Assembly: GCF_000020385.1 (NCBI RefSeq) | Contig: NC_010814.1 | Coordinates: forward strand, 900,001-932,000 | Direction of reading: 5' to 3' | From: Trichlorobacter lovleyi SZ | GTDB lineage: Bacteria; Desulfobacterota; Desulfuromonadia; Geobacterales; Pseudopelobacteraceae | DNA length: 32,000 nucleotides | Part shown: positions 8,902 through 18,319 of the stretch, piece after piece | Position numbering within the stretch: position 1 is the stretch's first letter | How the letters are laid out: the number at the start of each line of letters is the position of its first letter | Notes under the pieces: generated by a model | Told to the model about the DNA's origin: nothing | The model's input: only the letters and a program-made list of their open reading frames with translations | Database searches by the model: none | Made by a program: the position numbers and the translations under genes

Positions 8902-8980
8902 TTGTGTAACATGTTTGAATTGCATGCTATTTTGTTGATCTTGGTTGTTTTATGCTGTCGTTTTGGGTGAACGGCTTTTC

Positions 8981-9017
8981 ATTTTGATAGTGGTGTAATG
9001 AGGTTGTTCATCAAAAT
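8981..9017. promoter_or_regulatory. Inverted ATTTTGAT repeats (candidate activator binding site)
   Basis: ATTTTGAT (8981-8988) and ATCAAAAT (9010-9017) lie 80-115 bp upstream of the 8886..8901 promoter-like site. The same TTTTGATA core recurs at 24561 and 24581. Confidence 0.35.
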
Positions 9018-9040
9018 AGGATTGAGCGTTCACGATCTCA

Positions 9041-10663
9041 CTATGGCAGTCTGAATTGCCTTACCAATGACTTCAGGTTCTCGGCATGATCAGTTAGCAA
9101 ATGAGCCGAATCCTTTGTGGTGCGTACATTCTGCATGCGGTCCTGTGAGCTCATGCTGATCCTTTGAATGTTGTTTGTAATTTCCTGAGCGGTTGCGGTC
9201 TGTTCAGTAGCTGCAGTTGCAATCTGGTTTATCTGTGTTGTTACAGAGTTTATCTCGTCCAATATGGTGTCAAGCGCTCGCCTTGATTTGTTGACTCCTT
9301 CTGTCCCACGCTCAACTTCTGTGGATCCATCTTTCATAGAGTTAACAGCCGTGCGTGTTTCTTGCTGAATTGCCTTAATCATCTCTCCGATTTCTCGCGT
9401 CGCTGTGGTGGTGCGTTCAGCAAGTGCCCGTACTTCATCAGCAACAACAGCAAATCCTCGTCCTTGCTCGCCGGCCCGTGCAGCTTCTATAGCAGCATTA
9501 AGTGCCAACAAGTTGGTCTGATCTGCAATATCTTCAATGGTTCCCACTATTGTTCCGATTTGATCCGACCTTGCCCCCAGTTGTTCGACTGTGGTTGAAG
9601 CCATGTGTACGCGCTCGACAATACGAGCCATAATGTCGATGTTTGTCTTGATAACGGTAACACCCTCTTTCGCAGAATTTGTTGCTTGGTGTGCATTGTC
9701 TGCAGCCATTAGGCAGCTCGCAGATATCTCTGATGAAGTTGCGGCCATTTCAGTGCTTGCAGATGCCAAGATATTTAATTGGCAAGCGATCTCCTCATTG
9801 TCTGCTAATATTTTGCCTGAAGTGTCTGCTAGCTGTCCTGCGCATACACTAAGCCTTGCCGAAGTGCTAACTAGCTGTGATACTATATTTTTCAAATTTT
9901 CAACCATTTTGCCTAATGCCATCATAAACAGACCAACTTCATCAGTTGCACGCCTATTAATAGTAATGGTTAAGTCTCCAGTGGCAATATTGTCTGCTGC
10001 CTGCATACAGGATCTAAGCGGTCTGATAATGTTTATAACAACAAGAAAAACAACCATGCATCCCATTAATATTGATACGACACCAACACCAATGATAAGT
10101 AAGCTTGAAAATTTATATATTGAAATTGCATTTTTTGCTGTTTCATTAAATCTGTTTGATAGAAACACTTCCATTGCTTTCACGCGAAGTAAGTATTCTT
10201 TTTCGGCGGGCTCAATCTTTGAAAAAAGTATGCTTTTTGCTTCATGCTTGTCGTTGCTCAATGCATATTCAAGACATTTTTTGTGTAGTAGCTCTATTTT
10301 AAGGCCATGATTTGCCATTTCTTTAAGTATTGTTTTGCCATTTGCCGATGATTCGGCTTTTTCTAAAGCCTTGGCTGCGCTACTTATTTCTTGGCTAATG
10401 CCAGAAAATTTATCGGCCTCGCGCTTCATTATATTGATATCATCGGTAATTATGATATTTCTTAATCCTTGCGTTATGTCTTTTATGTTATTATTTATCG
10501 TGTATATAGAACGTATTTTAGGTGCTTCGTCATAAGCAATAGTGTTAATGTTTTCAGATAGTTTGTGTAGCTGGAATAAAGATATAATAAGTATTGAAAT
10601 AATTGCGGAGAATATTATTGTAAAACCTATCAATAATTTATTTTTAATATTTATTTTAAGCAT
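9041..10663 (-). CDS. Methyl-accepting chemotaxis protein (4-helix-bundle-type periplasmic sensor, HAMP, MA domain)
   Basis: ORF 9041..10744; likely start is ATG 10663 ([14 protein letters not shown]...). Two TM segments, HAMP ([19 protein letters not shown]) and a conserved signalling hairpin ([38 protein letters not shown]). The DNA is very AT-rich. Confidence 0.9.
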   Translation of the reverse strand: MLKINIKNKLLIGFTIIFSAIISILIISLFQLHKLSENINTIAYDEAPKIRSIYTINNNIKDITQGLRNIIITDDINIMKREADKFSGISQEISSAAKALEKAESSANGKTILKEMANHGLKIELLHKKCLEYALSNDKHEAKSILFSKIEPAEKEYLLRVKAMEVFLSNRFNETAKNAISIYKFSSLLIIGVGVVSILMGCMVVFLVVINIIRPLRSCMQAADNIATGDLTITINRRATDEVGLFMMALGKMVENLKNIVSQLVSTSARLSVCAGQLADTSGKILADNEEIACQLNILASASTEMAATSSEISASCLMAADNAHQATNSAKEGVTVIKTNIDIMARIVERVHMASTTVEQLGARSDQIGTIVGTIEDIADQTNLLALNAAIEAARAGEQGRGFAVVADEVRALAERTTTATREIGEMIKAIQQETRTAVNSMKDGSTEVERGTEGVNKSRRALDTILDEINSVTTQINQIATAATEQTATAQEITNNIQRISMSSQDRMQNVRTTKDSAHLLTDHAENLKSLVRQFRLP

Positions 10664-10692
10664 ATTAGTATTAGCCTGTGTTTGTGATAGAC

Positions 10693-10733
10693 ATTCAGTG
10701 CCTGCACACATGTTCCGTATGCAGGCACTGAAT
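10693..10733 (-). other. Perfect 14-bp stem hairpin between the porin-like gene and the chemoreceptor gene
   Basis: ATTCAGTGCCTGCA-N13-TGCAGGCACTGAAT. No U-tract follows, so this is more likely an intercistronic stabiliser or processing structure than a terminator. Confidence 0.5.
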
Positions 10734-10740
10734 ATGGAAA

Positions 10741-11670
10741 TCAAAATGAGTAATTAAACTTTAACCAGAGTTTGGAACCTTCAGTACGGTTGCGTGCCTC
10801 GAATTCTTTCTGGAACTTTAAGTCGAAGCTCATGTTTTTGTACTGATACTCAATCTGGGGACCGGCTGCAAAGACACGGCCCTGGGCATATAGAGGGCCC
10901 ATATAGCCACTGTCTACCTTGTCTTTGGTTGTTTGTTGATAGATATAGCCTCCAACACCTATCTGGAAATCTGTATTAAACAGCGTCACTCTCTGGCTTA
11001 AGCCATAATCAACATGAAACTCCTGCCCGGACAGATAACCGGTATCCGTGTTTTTGGTGTTAAAATCGTACATGAATTTTCCAAACGCTTGAAAACCTTC
11101 ATCCCCGGTATAGGCGGTAATAAAGTTGGGCTGAATATCCCAATAATTCCTTCCGATGTTGGCTATGCGCGTCTTGTCATAGGTGCCGGTAGGAGTGGTA
11201 ATGTCTACCCCGGTAATCAGATGCCAGTTTTTTGTGTGCCAACCGAGCATAACCGGCGCAATGGTTATGTCGCCAAGCCCTGTTCTGCTGTCACTGCCTG
11301 CAGGTGTTGCCGTATTTACATAGACATCTACGATAGGTACCAGAATGTGCGATGAGACCTTGCTGCCCAGAATTTCCAGGTCCTTGCTTGTATGCATAAC
11401 CCTGAAAATGTTTGCTGTTGCCCGTGTCTTAAAGCCGGGGGCTGTCTCTTTACCGCTGTTATCAAGTGTCCTGCCGGCTTCGTAATAATTGGTGTAGTTG
11501 ACCAGGTGCAATCCCGGCGGGAATGCATCAAGAAAACCTTCAGACCCATGACCATAGGAACTTCCGCCATTTTCGGTTGCACGCGCTGACTGTGCCAGCA
11601 TCGAACTTGCGATAATAATAGCTGCAGCAGTAAAGCGAGTTGCCTTCAGTCTGTCTTTATAGATATTCAT
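10741..11670 (-). CDS. Outer-membrane beta-barrel channel of the MetA-pathway-of-phenol-degradation-like family
   Basis: ORF 10741..11772; likely start is ATG 11670 ([31 protein letters not shown], a signal peptide). Alternating beta-strand pattern, aromatic girdle residues and a C-terminal ...LKFNYSF. Confidence 0.7.
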   Translation of the reverse strand: MNIYKDRLKATRFTAAAIIIASSMLAQSARATENGGSSYGHGSEGFLDAFPPGLHLVNYTNYYEAGRTLDNSGKETAPGFKTRATANIFRVMHTSKDLEILGSKVSSHILVPIVDVYVNTATPAGSDSRTGLGDITIAPVMLGWHTKNWHLITGVDITTPTGTYDKTRIANIGRNYWDIQPNFITAYTGDEGFQAFGKFMYDFNTKNTDTGYLSGQEFHVDYGLSQRVTLFNTDFQIGVGGYIYQQTTKDKVDSGYMGPLYAQGRVFAAGPQIEYQYKNMSFDLKFQKEFEARNRTEGSKLWLKFNYSF

Positions 11671-11749
11671 AAGAGATCCTTTTGTGGCTGCTTGTGAAAA
11701 TGCCATGAATGTGAGCTTACGTAATCGTATGCTTTCTCCGCTATTCAGT

Positions 11750-11776
11750 CCTGGTGCCCTGTTGCAGGGCACCAGG
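11750..11776 (-). other. Perfect 12-bp stem hairpin downstream of the flavoprotein gene
   Basis: CCTGGTGCCCTG-TTG-CAGGGCACCAGG, 24 nt after the stop at 11800. No U-tract follows. Confidence 0.5.
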
Positions 11777-11799
11777 AGGCAGTGCTAAACCCTCTGCTG

Positions 11800-12715
11800 C
11801 TATTTGTATGACTCCAGGAAATGAAGTGCTGCAATTCTACCGCTGTTGACAGCAAATCCGAAGGTTGTTCCCGGAGAATCAAGGCCGTAAGAATCGCCAT
11901 ACAGTCCGCCTACGTCACTACCAACAACGTACACGCCGCCGATGGTCTTGCCGTCTGGTCTGATGGGTCTCATATCCAGGTCAGTACTGACGCCGCCCAC
12001 TGTTACAAGATATGAAAGCACAAGGCGCATGGCATAGAGTTTGCCGGTCAAAGGCGACATGAAATGCGGATCTTTGGCGAATTCTTCATCTTTATTGACG
12101 GAGGCAGCCTTGTTATAGGTTGCTATGGTCTTTTTCAACGTGTCAGCAGGTACCTTGATTTTGTCAGCCAGTTCTTCGATGCTTTCTGCTGCATACACAT
12201 TACGATCACCTGCTGCTATATACTTGTCGATGGCGCCATTCAGTTTCTCCAGCTTAGTGCCAATTGGAACAATGACCCCCATTCCGGCATCGATGCCGGA
12301 ATGTACATAATGTTTGCGCAGGTTTTCATCGAAGATGACCCAGGCAAAATGATCTGGTTGGCGTTCGACGGCATTTGCCTGAAGCACAAAATTGTTGGCA
12401 ATCAGTTCGTCGCAAAACCGCTCGCCATTCTTGTTTACCATGATGTTATTAGGCTGTTGACCTAACGCATCGAACTCAAGATCAACAAGGTTGGGTGCCC
12501 CCATCTTGGCCTTCCGTTTATCATACACAGCAGAATTTTCGAGAGTGCCTAGCCCTTCAGTTTTTGCTCCAAGCGCTTGAAGCTGAGTTAGTCCAAAACC
12601 GACTTTGCCGAAGTTGGCTACAGAGCCGGCGTAGGCATTGCCAACATATTTTTTGACAAGTTCCGGGTTGTCGGCAAATCCGCCAGTTGCAACAATAACG
12701 GACTTGGCCTTAATG
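11800..12715 (-). pseudogene. C-terminal fragment of a periplasmic FAD-dependent oxidoreductase (flavocytochrome-c/KstD-like), disrupted by IS21-family insertion
   Basis: The frame is open from 12709 through ORF 11800..12528. It begins ...AKSVIVATGGFADNPELVKKY (FAD-binding-2 family VxATGGF motif) and ends ...GGVYVVGSDVGGLYGDSYGLDSPGTTFGFAVNSGRIAA. Confidence 0.85.
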
Positions 12716-12773
12716 TGTCAATCGGCATTGAAATTTGACCCACCATCGGCGTCCAAAATTGACCCACCTCAGC
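12716..12773. repeat. IS21-family terminal inverted repeat, istB-proximal end
   Basis: TGTCAATCGGCAT..TTTGACCCACC..GGCGTCCAAAATTGACCCACCTCAGC. It holds two copies of the TTGACCCAC transposase-site-like repeat. Confidence 0.8.
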
Positions 12774-12781
12774 GGTTGATT

Positions 12782-13546
12782 TTAGTCTGAGTTTCTGGTT
12801 TTGATTCTCCAGCTTTCATTTCCTGTTTCGACGATTTCGCAGTGATGGGTAACCCTGTCCAGAAGTGCCGTGGTCATTTTGCCATCACCGAACACCTGCG
12901 GCCATTCTCCAAAGGTCAGGTTAGTGGTAATGATAAGCGATGTTCTCTCGTACAGCTTTGATATAAGGTGAAACAGCAGCTGTCCTCCAGCCTTTGAGAA
13001 CGGCAGATAGCCCAGTTCGTCCAGCACAACCAGATCAAGCCTGCAGAGTGCCTCTGCAAGCTTTCCTCCGCGTCCGCTTAGCTTTTCCTGTTCTAGTTGG
13101 TTGACCAGATCCAGCAGGTTGAAGTATCGGCCACGCTTACCGTTTCTGATCACCTGCCGTGCAATGGCAATGGCCAGATGGGTCTTGCCGGTACCGGTTC
13201 CACCTACCAGAATGATATTACTCTTTTCAGTAAGAAAGCCTCCCTCATACAGCATTCTGACCTGTGTCTCGTTGATCGGTGTATCCGTAAACTCAAAGTG
13301 ATCCAGGTCCTTCTCTACTGGAAACCTTGCCTGACTCAGGCGGTAGCGGATACTTCTGATTCTCCGTTCAGCCAGCTCTGCATTAAGCAGCTCAAACAGG
13401 ATCTTCTCCGGTGTGGCCCGTTGTTTGATGCCTGTGGCGATCAGCTCGTCACAGGCAGTCTTCATGCCATGCAGCCCAAGGGTCTCCATGGCCTTTTGCA
13501 GTTTCTCACGCAGTAGCACAGGCACCTCCGGCAAGCAGCAGGTCAT
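12782..13546 (-). CDS. istB: IS21-family helper ATPase IstB
   Basis: Walker [10 protein letters not shown], Walker [11 protein letters not shown]-terminal LKxxGLHGM motif. The start is uncertain: ATG 13546, or GTG 13519 behind a GGAGG. It overlaps the end of istA. Confidence 0.9.
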   Translation of the reverse strand: MTCCLPEVPVLLREKLQKAMETLGLHGMKTACDELIATGIKQRATPEKILFELLNAELAERRIRSIRYRLSQARFPVEKDLDHFEFTDTPINETQVRMLYEGGFLTEKSNIILVGGTGTGKTHLAIAIARQVIRNGKRGRYFNLLDLVNQLEQEKLSGRGGKLAEALCRLDLVVLDELGYLPFSKAGGQLLFHLISKLYERTSLIITTNLTFGEWPQVFGDGKMTTALLDRVTHHCEIVETGNESWRIKTRNSD

Positions 13547-15020
13547 ACCGCCTGCAGTCAGCTACAGGCGGTATGATCAAAACCGGCAGTTTTGCTGCAG
13601 GATCTGCCGTTGGTGTCGGTTCTTCATCGTTTCGGGACAACAGATTAAGCACGACATCCCGACTGATGGTATTGGCTGCCAATGCATCAGTGCATGCCTG
13701 TGTTACTGCTTCAATGCCATAGTAGGAGACAACCGCCAGTATCCCGACAAACTGCCGGTCACCATCACGGTGCTTGGCAAGGGCACTACGGATTTGCTCA
13801 ATAGATTCCGGCAAATTCCATTCCTTAAACGGTGCACCGTTTCTGAGTGCTCCCGGCTTCTTCTTCAGTGCCTCCAGATAGTGCCAGGGATCATAGAAGA
13901 CCTGATCACGACCAAAGTGCCGTTTGTGGAATCCTACGGTTCTGCCGCTCTGGACAAAGGTCAGACGATCAGCATAGGCCCGTACCGTGACCGGGTTGCC
14001 AACAGCAGAGACATGGACGCTGTAACGGTTGCGGTCAAATGAGACCAGGGAGGTAGAAGATACCTTGGCATCGCTTTCCAGATAACCGTCAAACGGAACC
14101 GTTACCGTGAGAAGCTGCCGGCGTTCCTCCTTAAACAGGTCATTGATCGTCAGGAGTGGGTTGTCAGGATGTTTCTGGGTTGCTGCGTAGTCCAGACATT
14201 GTTCCTGCAGCCACTGGTTTAGCTCAGAAAGGTTGGTAAATGTCCGCCGTTTGGCGAAGAAACGCTTGCGCACAAGGCCTACCTGATTCTCTACCTGCCC
14301 CTTCTCCCAGCCTGCAGCAGGAGTGCAGGCTATCGGTTCAAACAGGTAGTGGGAGGCCAGACTCAAAAACCGACGATTGAATACACGATCCTTGCCCATC
14401 AGGACTTTGGTTACTACGGTTTTTAGGTTGTCGTAGATACCACGCCGACAGGCACCACCAAAGAAGCTGAATGCCTTGATATGAGCATCCAGAACCATCT
14501 CCAGGCTCTCACGTGTGTAGGCCACGCAAAATGGCATCCGACTGTTACAGAGGCGAAACTGAGCAATCTTGACCTTTACGATGATCCCACCCAACTCAAT
14601 CTGCTCATAGCTCCAGTCAAACTGAAATGCCTCACCAGGATCAAAGGATAGCGGAATAAAGGCTGCGGCTACGCCGCCGCCGGTCTCTTTGCGCTGCTGC
14701 TGGATGTAACGACGGACGCTGTCATAGCCACCTTCAAATCCTTCCCGCTGTAGCGTCTCAAACAATAACTGGGCACTACGACGATGGCGGACTGGCTTTA
14801 CGGCATCTTCAGACAACAGTCCTTTGAGACGTTCTTCAAATGCAGCAAGCTTTGGCCTGGGCTGTTCGGTGCGGGTATAAACCTGATCGGTTACGTCACT
14901 TCTGATGATTTTCTTGACGGTGTTCTTAGACAGATGAAACTCACGGGCTATCTGCCTGATTGGTTTCTTGTCCCGGTGGTAAGCCTGGCGGATTTTACGG
15001 ATGGATTCCACTAGCAGCAT
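13506..15020 (-). CDS. istA: IS21-family transposase IstA
   Basis: 504-aa ORF with an N-terminal HTH ([17 protein letters not shown]) and a DDE-type integrase core (FQFDWSY...). Typical IS21 two-gene layout. Confidence 0.9.
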   Translation of the reverse strand: MLLVESIRKIRQAYHRDKKPIRQIAREFHLSKNTVKKIIRSDVTDQVYTRTEQPRPKLAAFEERLKGLLSEDAVKPVRHRRSAQLLFETLQREGFEGGYDSVRRYIQQQRKETGGGVAAAFIPLSFDPGEAFQFDWSYEQIELGGIIVKVKIAQFRLCNSRMPFCVAYTRESLEMVLDAHIKAFSFFGGACRRGIYDNLKTVVTKVLMGKDRVFNRRFLSLASHYLFEPIACTPAAGWEKGQVENQVGLVRKRFFAKRRTFTNLSELNQWLQEQCLDYAATQKHPDNPLLTINDLFKEERRQLLTVTVPFDGYLESDAKVSSTSLVSFDRNRYSVHVSAVGNPVTVRAYADRLTFVQSGRTVGFHKRHFGRDQVFYDPWHYLEALKKKPGALRNGAPFKEWNLPESIEQIRSALAKHRDGDRQFVGILAVVSYYGIEAVTQACTDALAANTISRDVVLNLLSRNDEEPTPTADPAAKLPVLIIPPVADCRRYDLLLAGGACATA

Positions 15021-15071
15021 CTCCTTTCAAAGCTCCTCTCTCTGGATGATGCCAAAGAGAATGGAGGAGGT

Positions 15072-15139
15072 GCTGAGGTGGGTCAATTTTGGACGCCGAT
15101 TACACCCGAAAGTGGGTCAATATTGCATGCCGATTCACA
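15072..15139. repeat. IS21-family terminal inverted repeat, istA-proximal end
   Basis: The reverse complement reads TGTGAATCGGCAT..ATTGACCCAC..GGCGTCCAAAATTGACCCACCTCAGC, matching 12716..12773. Confidence 0.8.
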
Positions 15140-15780
15140 TTAATGCGGATTTCGCCTTTCTTGCCTTTTGCAGCTACGCCCACCACGTCATTATTTTCAT
15201 TTGCAATGAGGCGTGTAGCAGGTGTTTCCATCATTATCTTCACATTCGGGCTTTGCTTTGCCTTGCCGAACAAAACCTTGATCAAGCCCTTCCCATGTTC
15301 ATGAACAATGTGCCAGGTTCGAACACCATCAAATGTTGTTTGAGATACCTCTTCAAATGGCACTCCCATGTCCTGGAGCCAGTTAATAGTTGCACCGGAC
15401 ATATTGATAAATTTACGCATAAGCCGAGCATTGCCCTTCCAGTGCGTGTAATTCATCTCGCGTTTAAAAACCATGTCTTTGGTTAGCATGGGGGGGCCCA
15501 AATAACGATCACGTTGCATGCGTGATTCAACACCGAGCACGCCTTCCGCAACGTTGGAAGTGCCGCCAGGGAAAGGGTTTTGCTCAAGGACAATTATTTT
15601 CTTAACTCCACCTTGTAGGAGCGTCATTGTTGCACTTAAGCCTGAAGATCCAGCCCCAATAACAACGACATCGGCCTCGTCAGTAAACTCAGGACTTGCC
15701 GCATGCGCCGGTGTTATGGTTAGGCATGCTAACAATACCATCCAGTACTTTACAAACCTGCTTATTAGTGTTTTTCGCAT
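15140..15780 (-). pseudogene. N-terminal fragment of the same periplasmic FAD-dependent oxidoreductase
   Basis: ATG 15780 opens MRKTLISRFVKYWMVLLACLTITPAHA (signal peptide), followed by the dinucleotide fold DVVVIGAGSSGLSA. In ORF 15100..15843 the native sequence ends at ...KGKKGEIRI, then the frame reads into the IS. Confidence 0.85.
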
Positions 15781-15802
15781 TCCTTGCTCACGCTCCTTTG
15801 TA

Positions 15803-16213
15803 TTAATGTCCTGCTGGCTTTGAACCACCTGTTTTCTTTTCAAAGATCATTTCTGAATGACAATTCTGGCAGTAGTTGATTTGCTCTTTGTGGCCGACAT
15901 GGCATTTGGTGCAATCTATGTCTAAAAGATGGTTACTGTGTGGGTTTGGTTGTAAATTAATAGTGCGTTTTGCTACTGCTGCGCTGTTTTCGTGACAGCT
16001 AAGACACTTGTCTCCTTCAACAGCCTGTTTCGGGTTTGTGTCATGACATGCTTCGCACGTTAACCCATTGTTTTTGTGGCGATCAGCCAGAACCGGTTTG
16101 TCCTGAGCAAATACATAACCTGAGGTAATGACCAAAAGCATGGCTGCTATAAAAATATTGAACTTGTACTTGAAACCTGTTTTTGTTTTGCAAATACAGT
16201 AAGATGCTGTCAT
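15803..16213 (-). CDS. Small periplasmic tetrahaem cytochrome c
   Basis: 136 aa with a hydrophobic N-terminal signal and four CxxCH motifs (CEACH, CLSCH, CTKCH, CQNCH). GAGGTG SD upstream. The stop lies 22 nt before the flavoprotein start. Confidence 0.9.
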   Translation of the reverse strand: MTASYCICKTKTGFKYKFNIFIAAMLLVITSGYVFAQDKPVLADRHKNNGLTCEACHDTNPKQAVEGDKCLSCHENSAAVAKRTINLQPNPHSNHLLDIDCTKCHVGHKEQINYCQNCHSEMIFEKKTGGSKPAGH

Positions 16214-16439
16214 TCATTCACCTCTGTTCGTTTAAATGTGTAAAAACTGAGAACCGCCATACGTTTCTGCTACTGTTATGTCGTTCACCTCTCTTTCATT
16301 AATTGTGTGTTTGTTTATGTAAACAGGCACGCATCCTCGGCTTAACTGGTTTGGATTGCCTGAATGATATACTCGGCATCCATGTAGTGGCGGATGGTGC
16401 TTGCACTGTTAGGTGAATGCGGCTAATCCGTTACAGCTT

Positions 16440-16455
16440 TGCTCAGACTGTGCCA
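16440..16455 (-). promoter_or_regulatory. Sigma-54 promoter-like site upstream of the cytochrome/flavoprotein operon
   Basis: Minus strand reads TGGCACAGTCTGAGCA. GG-N10-GC spacing is exact, but the -12 box is weak (GAGCA versus TTGCA). It lies about 225 nt upstream of the cytochrome start. Confidence 0.35.
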
Positions 16456-16649
16456 TCAAGAGGCATGGCTGCAATGTGTTGAATATATTTATTTAATTCT
16501 GGTGTTTGGTGGTTAGTGCAGAGGCGGGCGGCATATTTTTTCTAGAATGTGTAATCTTGTTTTGCATTTTTTGGAAAAATGGTTATCGTGGGCCAACTCA
16601 AACATGGTGTGAAGCAGGTTCTTCCATGTACGGTTTCCGGGGGGTAAGC

Positions 16650-18257
16650 ATGAAGGCAGAAGAACTAGATCTGAGGCGCATCCTTTCCTTCAGACCCAAG
16701 GGGGGGACAATACAGTTTATGGGGCACAGGGCCATGATTGTCGATGCACTGGCAATGGGGCTTTTGCGTAAAGAATTGATCGAAAATCTTGGCAATTTTG
16801 CTGCCAGAACAATTCTTACCCGTTTTGGCTACGCACACGGCTGGAGCACTGCTGACAACCTCTGTATCGAATATCCAGATCTTAAAGATGACCCTAAAAC
16901 GGGGCCAACGTTACATATGCTGCAGGGGATTTTGAATGTGGCAACAAATGATGTTTTTCATGAGCCGTCTTTTCGAATATCTATTCGTAGTCAAGAATCC
17001 TATGAAGCCGAGCAACATCTCTTGCATGTCGGTATCCCTTCAGATCCGGTTTGCTGGACGCTGACGGGATATATCAGTGGTTACTGCTCACGCATGCAGG
17101 GTGAAGAAGTTTACTGTATTGAACATCAGTGCTGTGCCATGGGAGACGCGATATGTCGCTATGAAGTACGCACTCGAGAGGATTGGGATGAGGAGATTGA
17201 GCCGCATTTACCATTTTTTCGTGCAGATACTATTGATTCGGTGCTCCATGAGGTGACTGCAAAACTTAAAAAAACCGAACGTGACATCAAAGTGCGAAGA
17301 TCTCTTATGGATGGAGATCTTGGCTGCTGCGGACTTGCAGCAAAAAGCAAGACCATGCGCAAGACCATAGATCTTGCCAGGAGGATTGCGAAGGTAGAAT
17401 CTTCAGTGGTGATTACCGGTGAAAGCGGCGTAGGCAAGGAGCGGATAGCGCGGATCATCCATAGTGAATCTTCACGCGCCTTACGGCCGTTTGTTGCCAT
17501 CAACTGCAGTGCCGTCACGGAAACCTTGCTGGAAAGTGAATTTTTCGGGCATGCCCGTGGGGCTTTTACCGGTGCCAACAGAGACCGGATCGGTCTGTTT
17601 GAGGCCGCGAATGGCGGCACCTTGTTTTTAGACGAAGTGGGCGAGATCTCGCCAGGCATGCAGGCCAAGCTGCTGCGTGTCTTGCAAGAAAAGGAGATCA
17701 GGCGGGTTGGTGAAAACAGCTCACGCCCTGTGGATGTCCGGATTATCTCCGCCACTAACCGGGATCTCGGTAATGAGGTCTCGGCGGGCCGTTTTCGAGA
17801 AGATCTGTATTACCGGTTGTGTATCTTTGAGCTGGTTGTGCCGGCCCTACGTGAACGCCAAGAGGATATTCTGTTGTTGGCACGTTGTTTTCTGGATAAA
17901 TCGACACAGAAAATCGGTAAGGAAATCATTGGCTTTCAGCCTGAGGTAACGGATCGCCTGATACAGTATGAATGGCCTGGCAATGTGCGGCAACTAGAGA
18001 ATACCATTGAGCATGCCGTGGTGCTGTGCCAGGGAAAACGGATTGGGCTTGATGATCTGCCGAAGGCGGTGCGTTCGGCTCAGGGCGGGGGGAGTGTCGC
18101 AAATGCCATCAGAAAGATTGATGATCTCGAGCGGGAGCAGATCCTTGCAGCAATCAAACTGCTTGACGGCGATAAGACTGAGGCTGCCAAACAGTTGGGA
18201 ATAAGCCTCTCCTCCCTGTATCAGAAGCTTAAACGATACCAGACGTTGCCGGTTTAA
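16650..18257 (+). CDS. Sigma-54-dependent transcriptional activator with XylR-N/V4R sensor domain (XylR/DmpR/MopR-like)
   Basis: ORF 16506..18257. The likely start, ATG 16650 (MKAEELDLRRILSF...), was chosen by alignment with the paralog at 20153. V4R Cys motif CCAMGDAIC, AAA+ Walker A GESGVGKE, GAFTGA, ESEFFGH and a C-terminal Fis-type HTH. Confidence 0.9.
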   Translation: MKAEELDLRRILSFRPKGGTIQFMGHRAMIVDALAMGLLRKELIENLGNFAARTILTRFGYAHGWSTADNLCIEYPDLKDDPKTGPTLHMLQGILNVATNDVFHEPSFRISIRSQESYEAEQHLLHVGIPSDPVCWTLTGYISGYCSRMQGEEVYCIEHQCCAMGDAICRYEVRTREDWDEEIEPHLPFFRADTIDSVLHEVTAKLKKTERDIKVRRSLMDGDLGCCGLAAKSKTMRKTIDLARRIAKVESSVVITGESGVGKERIARIIHSESSRALRPFVAINCSAVTETLLESEFFGHARGAFTGANRDRIGLFEAANGGTLFLDEVGEISPGMQAKLLRVLQEKEIRRVGENSSRPVDVRIISATNRDLGNEVSAGRFREDLYYRLCIFELVVPALRERQEDILLLARCFLDKSTQKIGKEIIGFQPEVTDRLIQYEWPGNVRQLENTIEHAVVLCQGKRIGLDDLPKAVRSAQGGGSVANAIRKIDDLEREQILAAIKLLDGDKTEAAKQLGISLSSLYQKLKRYQTLPV

Positions 18258-18264
18258 GCATGAC

Positions 18265-18290
18265 AAAGGCCCGGACAGTGCCGGGCCTTT
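18265..18290. terminator. Bidirectional terminator-like hairpin between convergent genes
   Basis: AAAGGCCCGG-ACAGTG-CCGGGCCTTT (10-bp GC-rich stem with A/T flanks), lying between the activator stop (18257) and the chemoreceptor stop (18320). Confidence 0.7.
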
Positions 18291-18319
18291 GTACGTCTAC
18301 GTCTTCTATGTCCGTATAA

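Larger units (their letters stand above)
12716..15139 (-). mobile_element. Complete IS21-family insertion sequence (istA + istB)
   Basis: 2424 bp with TG...CA termini, multi-repeat imperfect terminal inverted repeats and a flanking 6-bp direct repeat TTAATG (12710-12715 and 15140-15145). It carries two overlapping transposition genes. Confidence 0.9.

Noticed and set aside
8742-9040. Canonical FMN (RFN) riboswitch upstream of ribBA
   Set aside because: I searched the minus-strand leader for the conserved FMN aptamer strings and found none. It is reported only as an unclassified terminator-containing leader.
11750-11776. Sigma-54 promoter reading of CTGGTGCCCTGTTGCA inside the palindrome
   Set aside because: GG-to-GC spacing is 9 nt rather than 10. 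It faces the 3-prime end of the flavoprotein gene, and the sequence is fully explained as a 12-bp perfect hairpin.
15001-15486. 161-aa plus-strand ORF spanning the IS end and the flavoprotein fragment
   Set aside because: It crosses the IS/target junction and is antisense to the flavoprotein N-terminal fragment. It is an artefact of the insertion.
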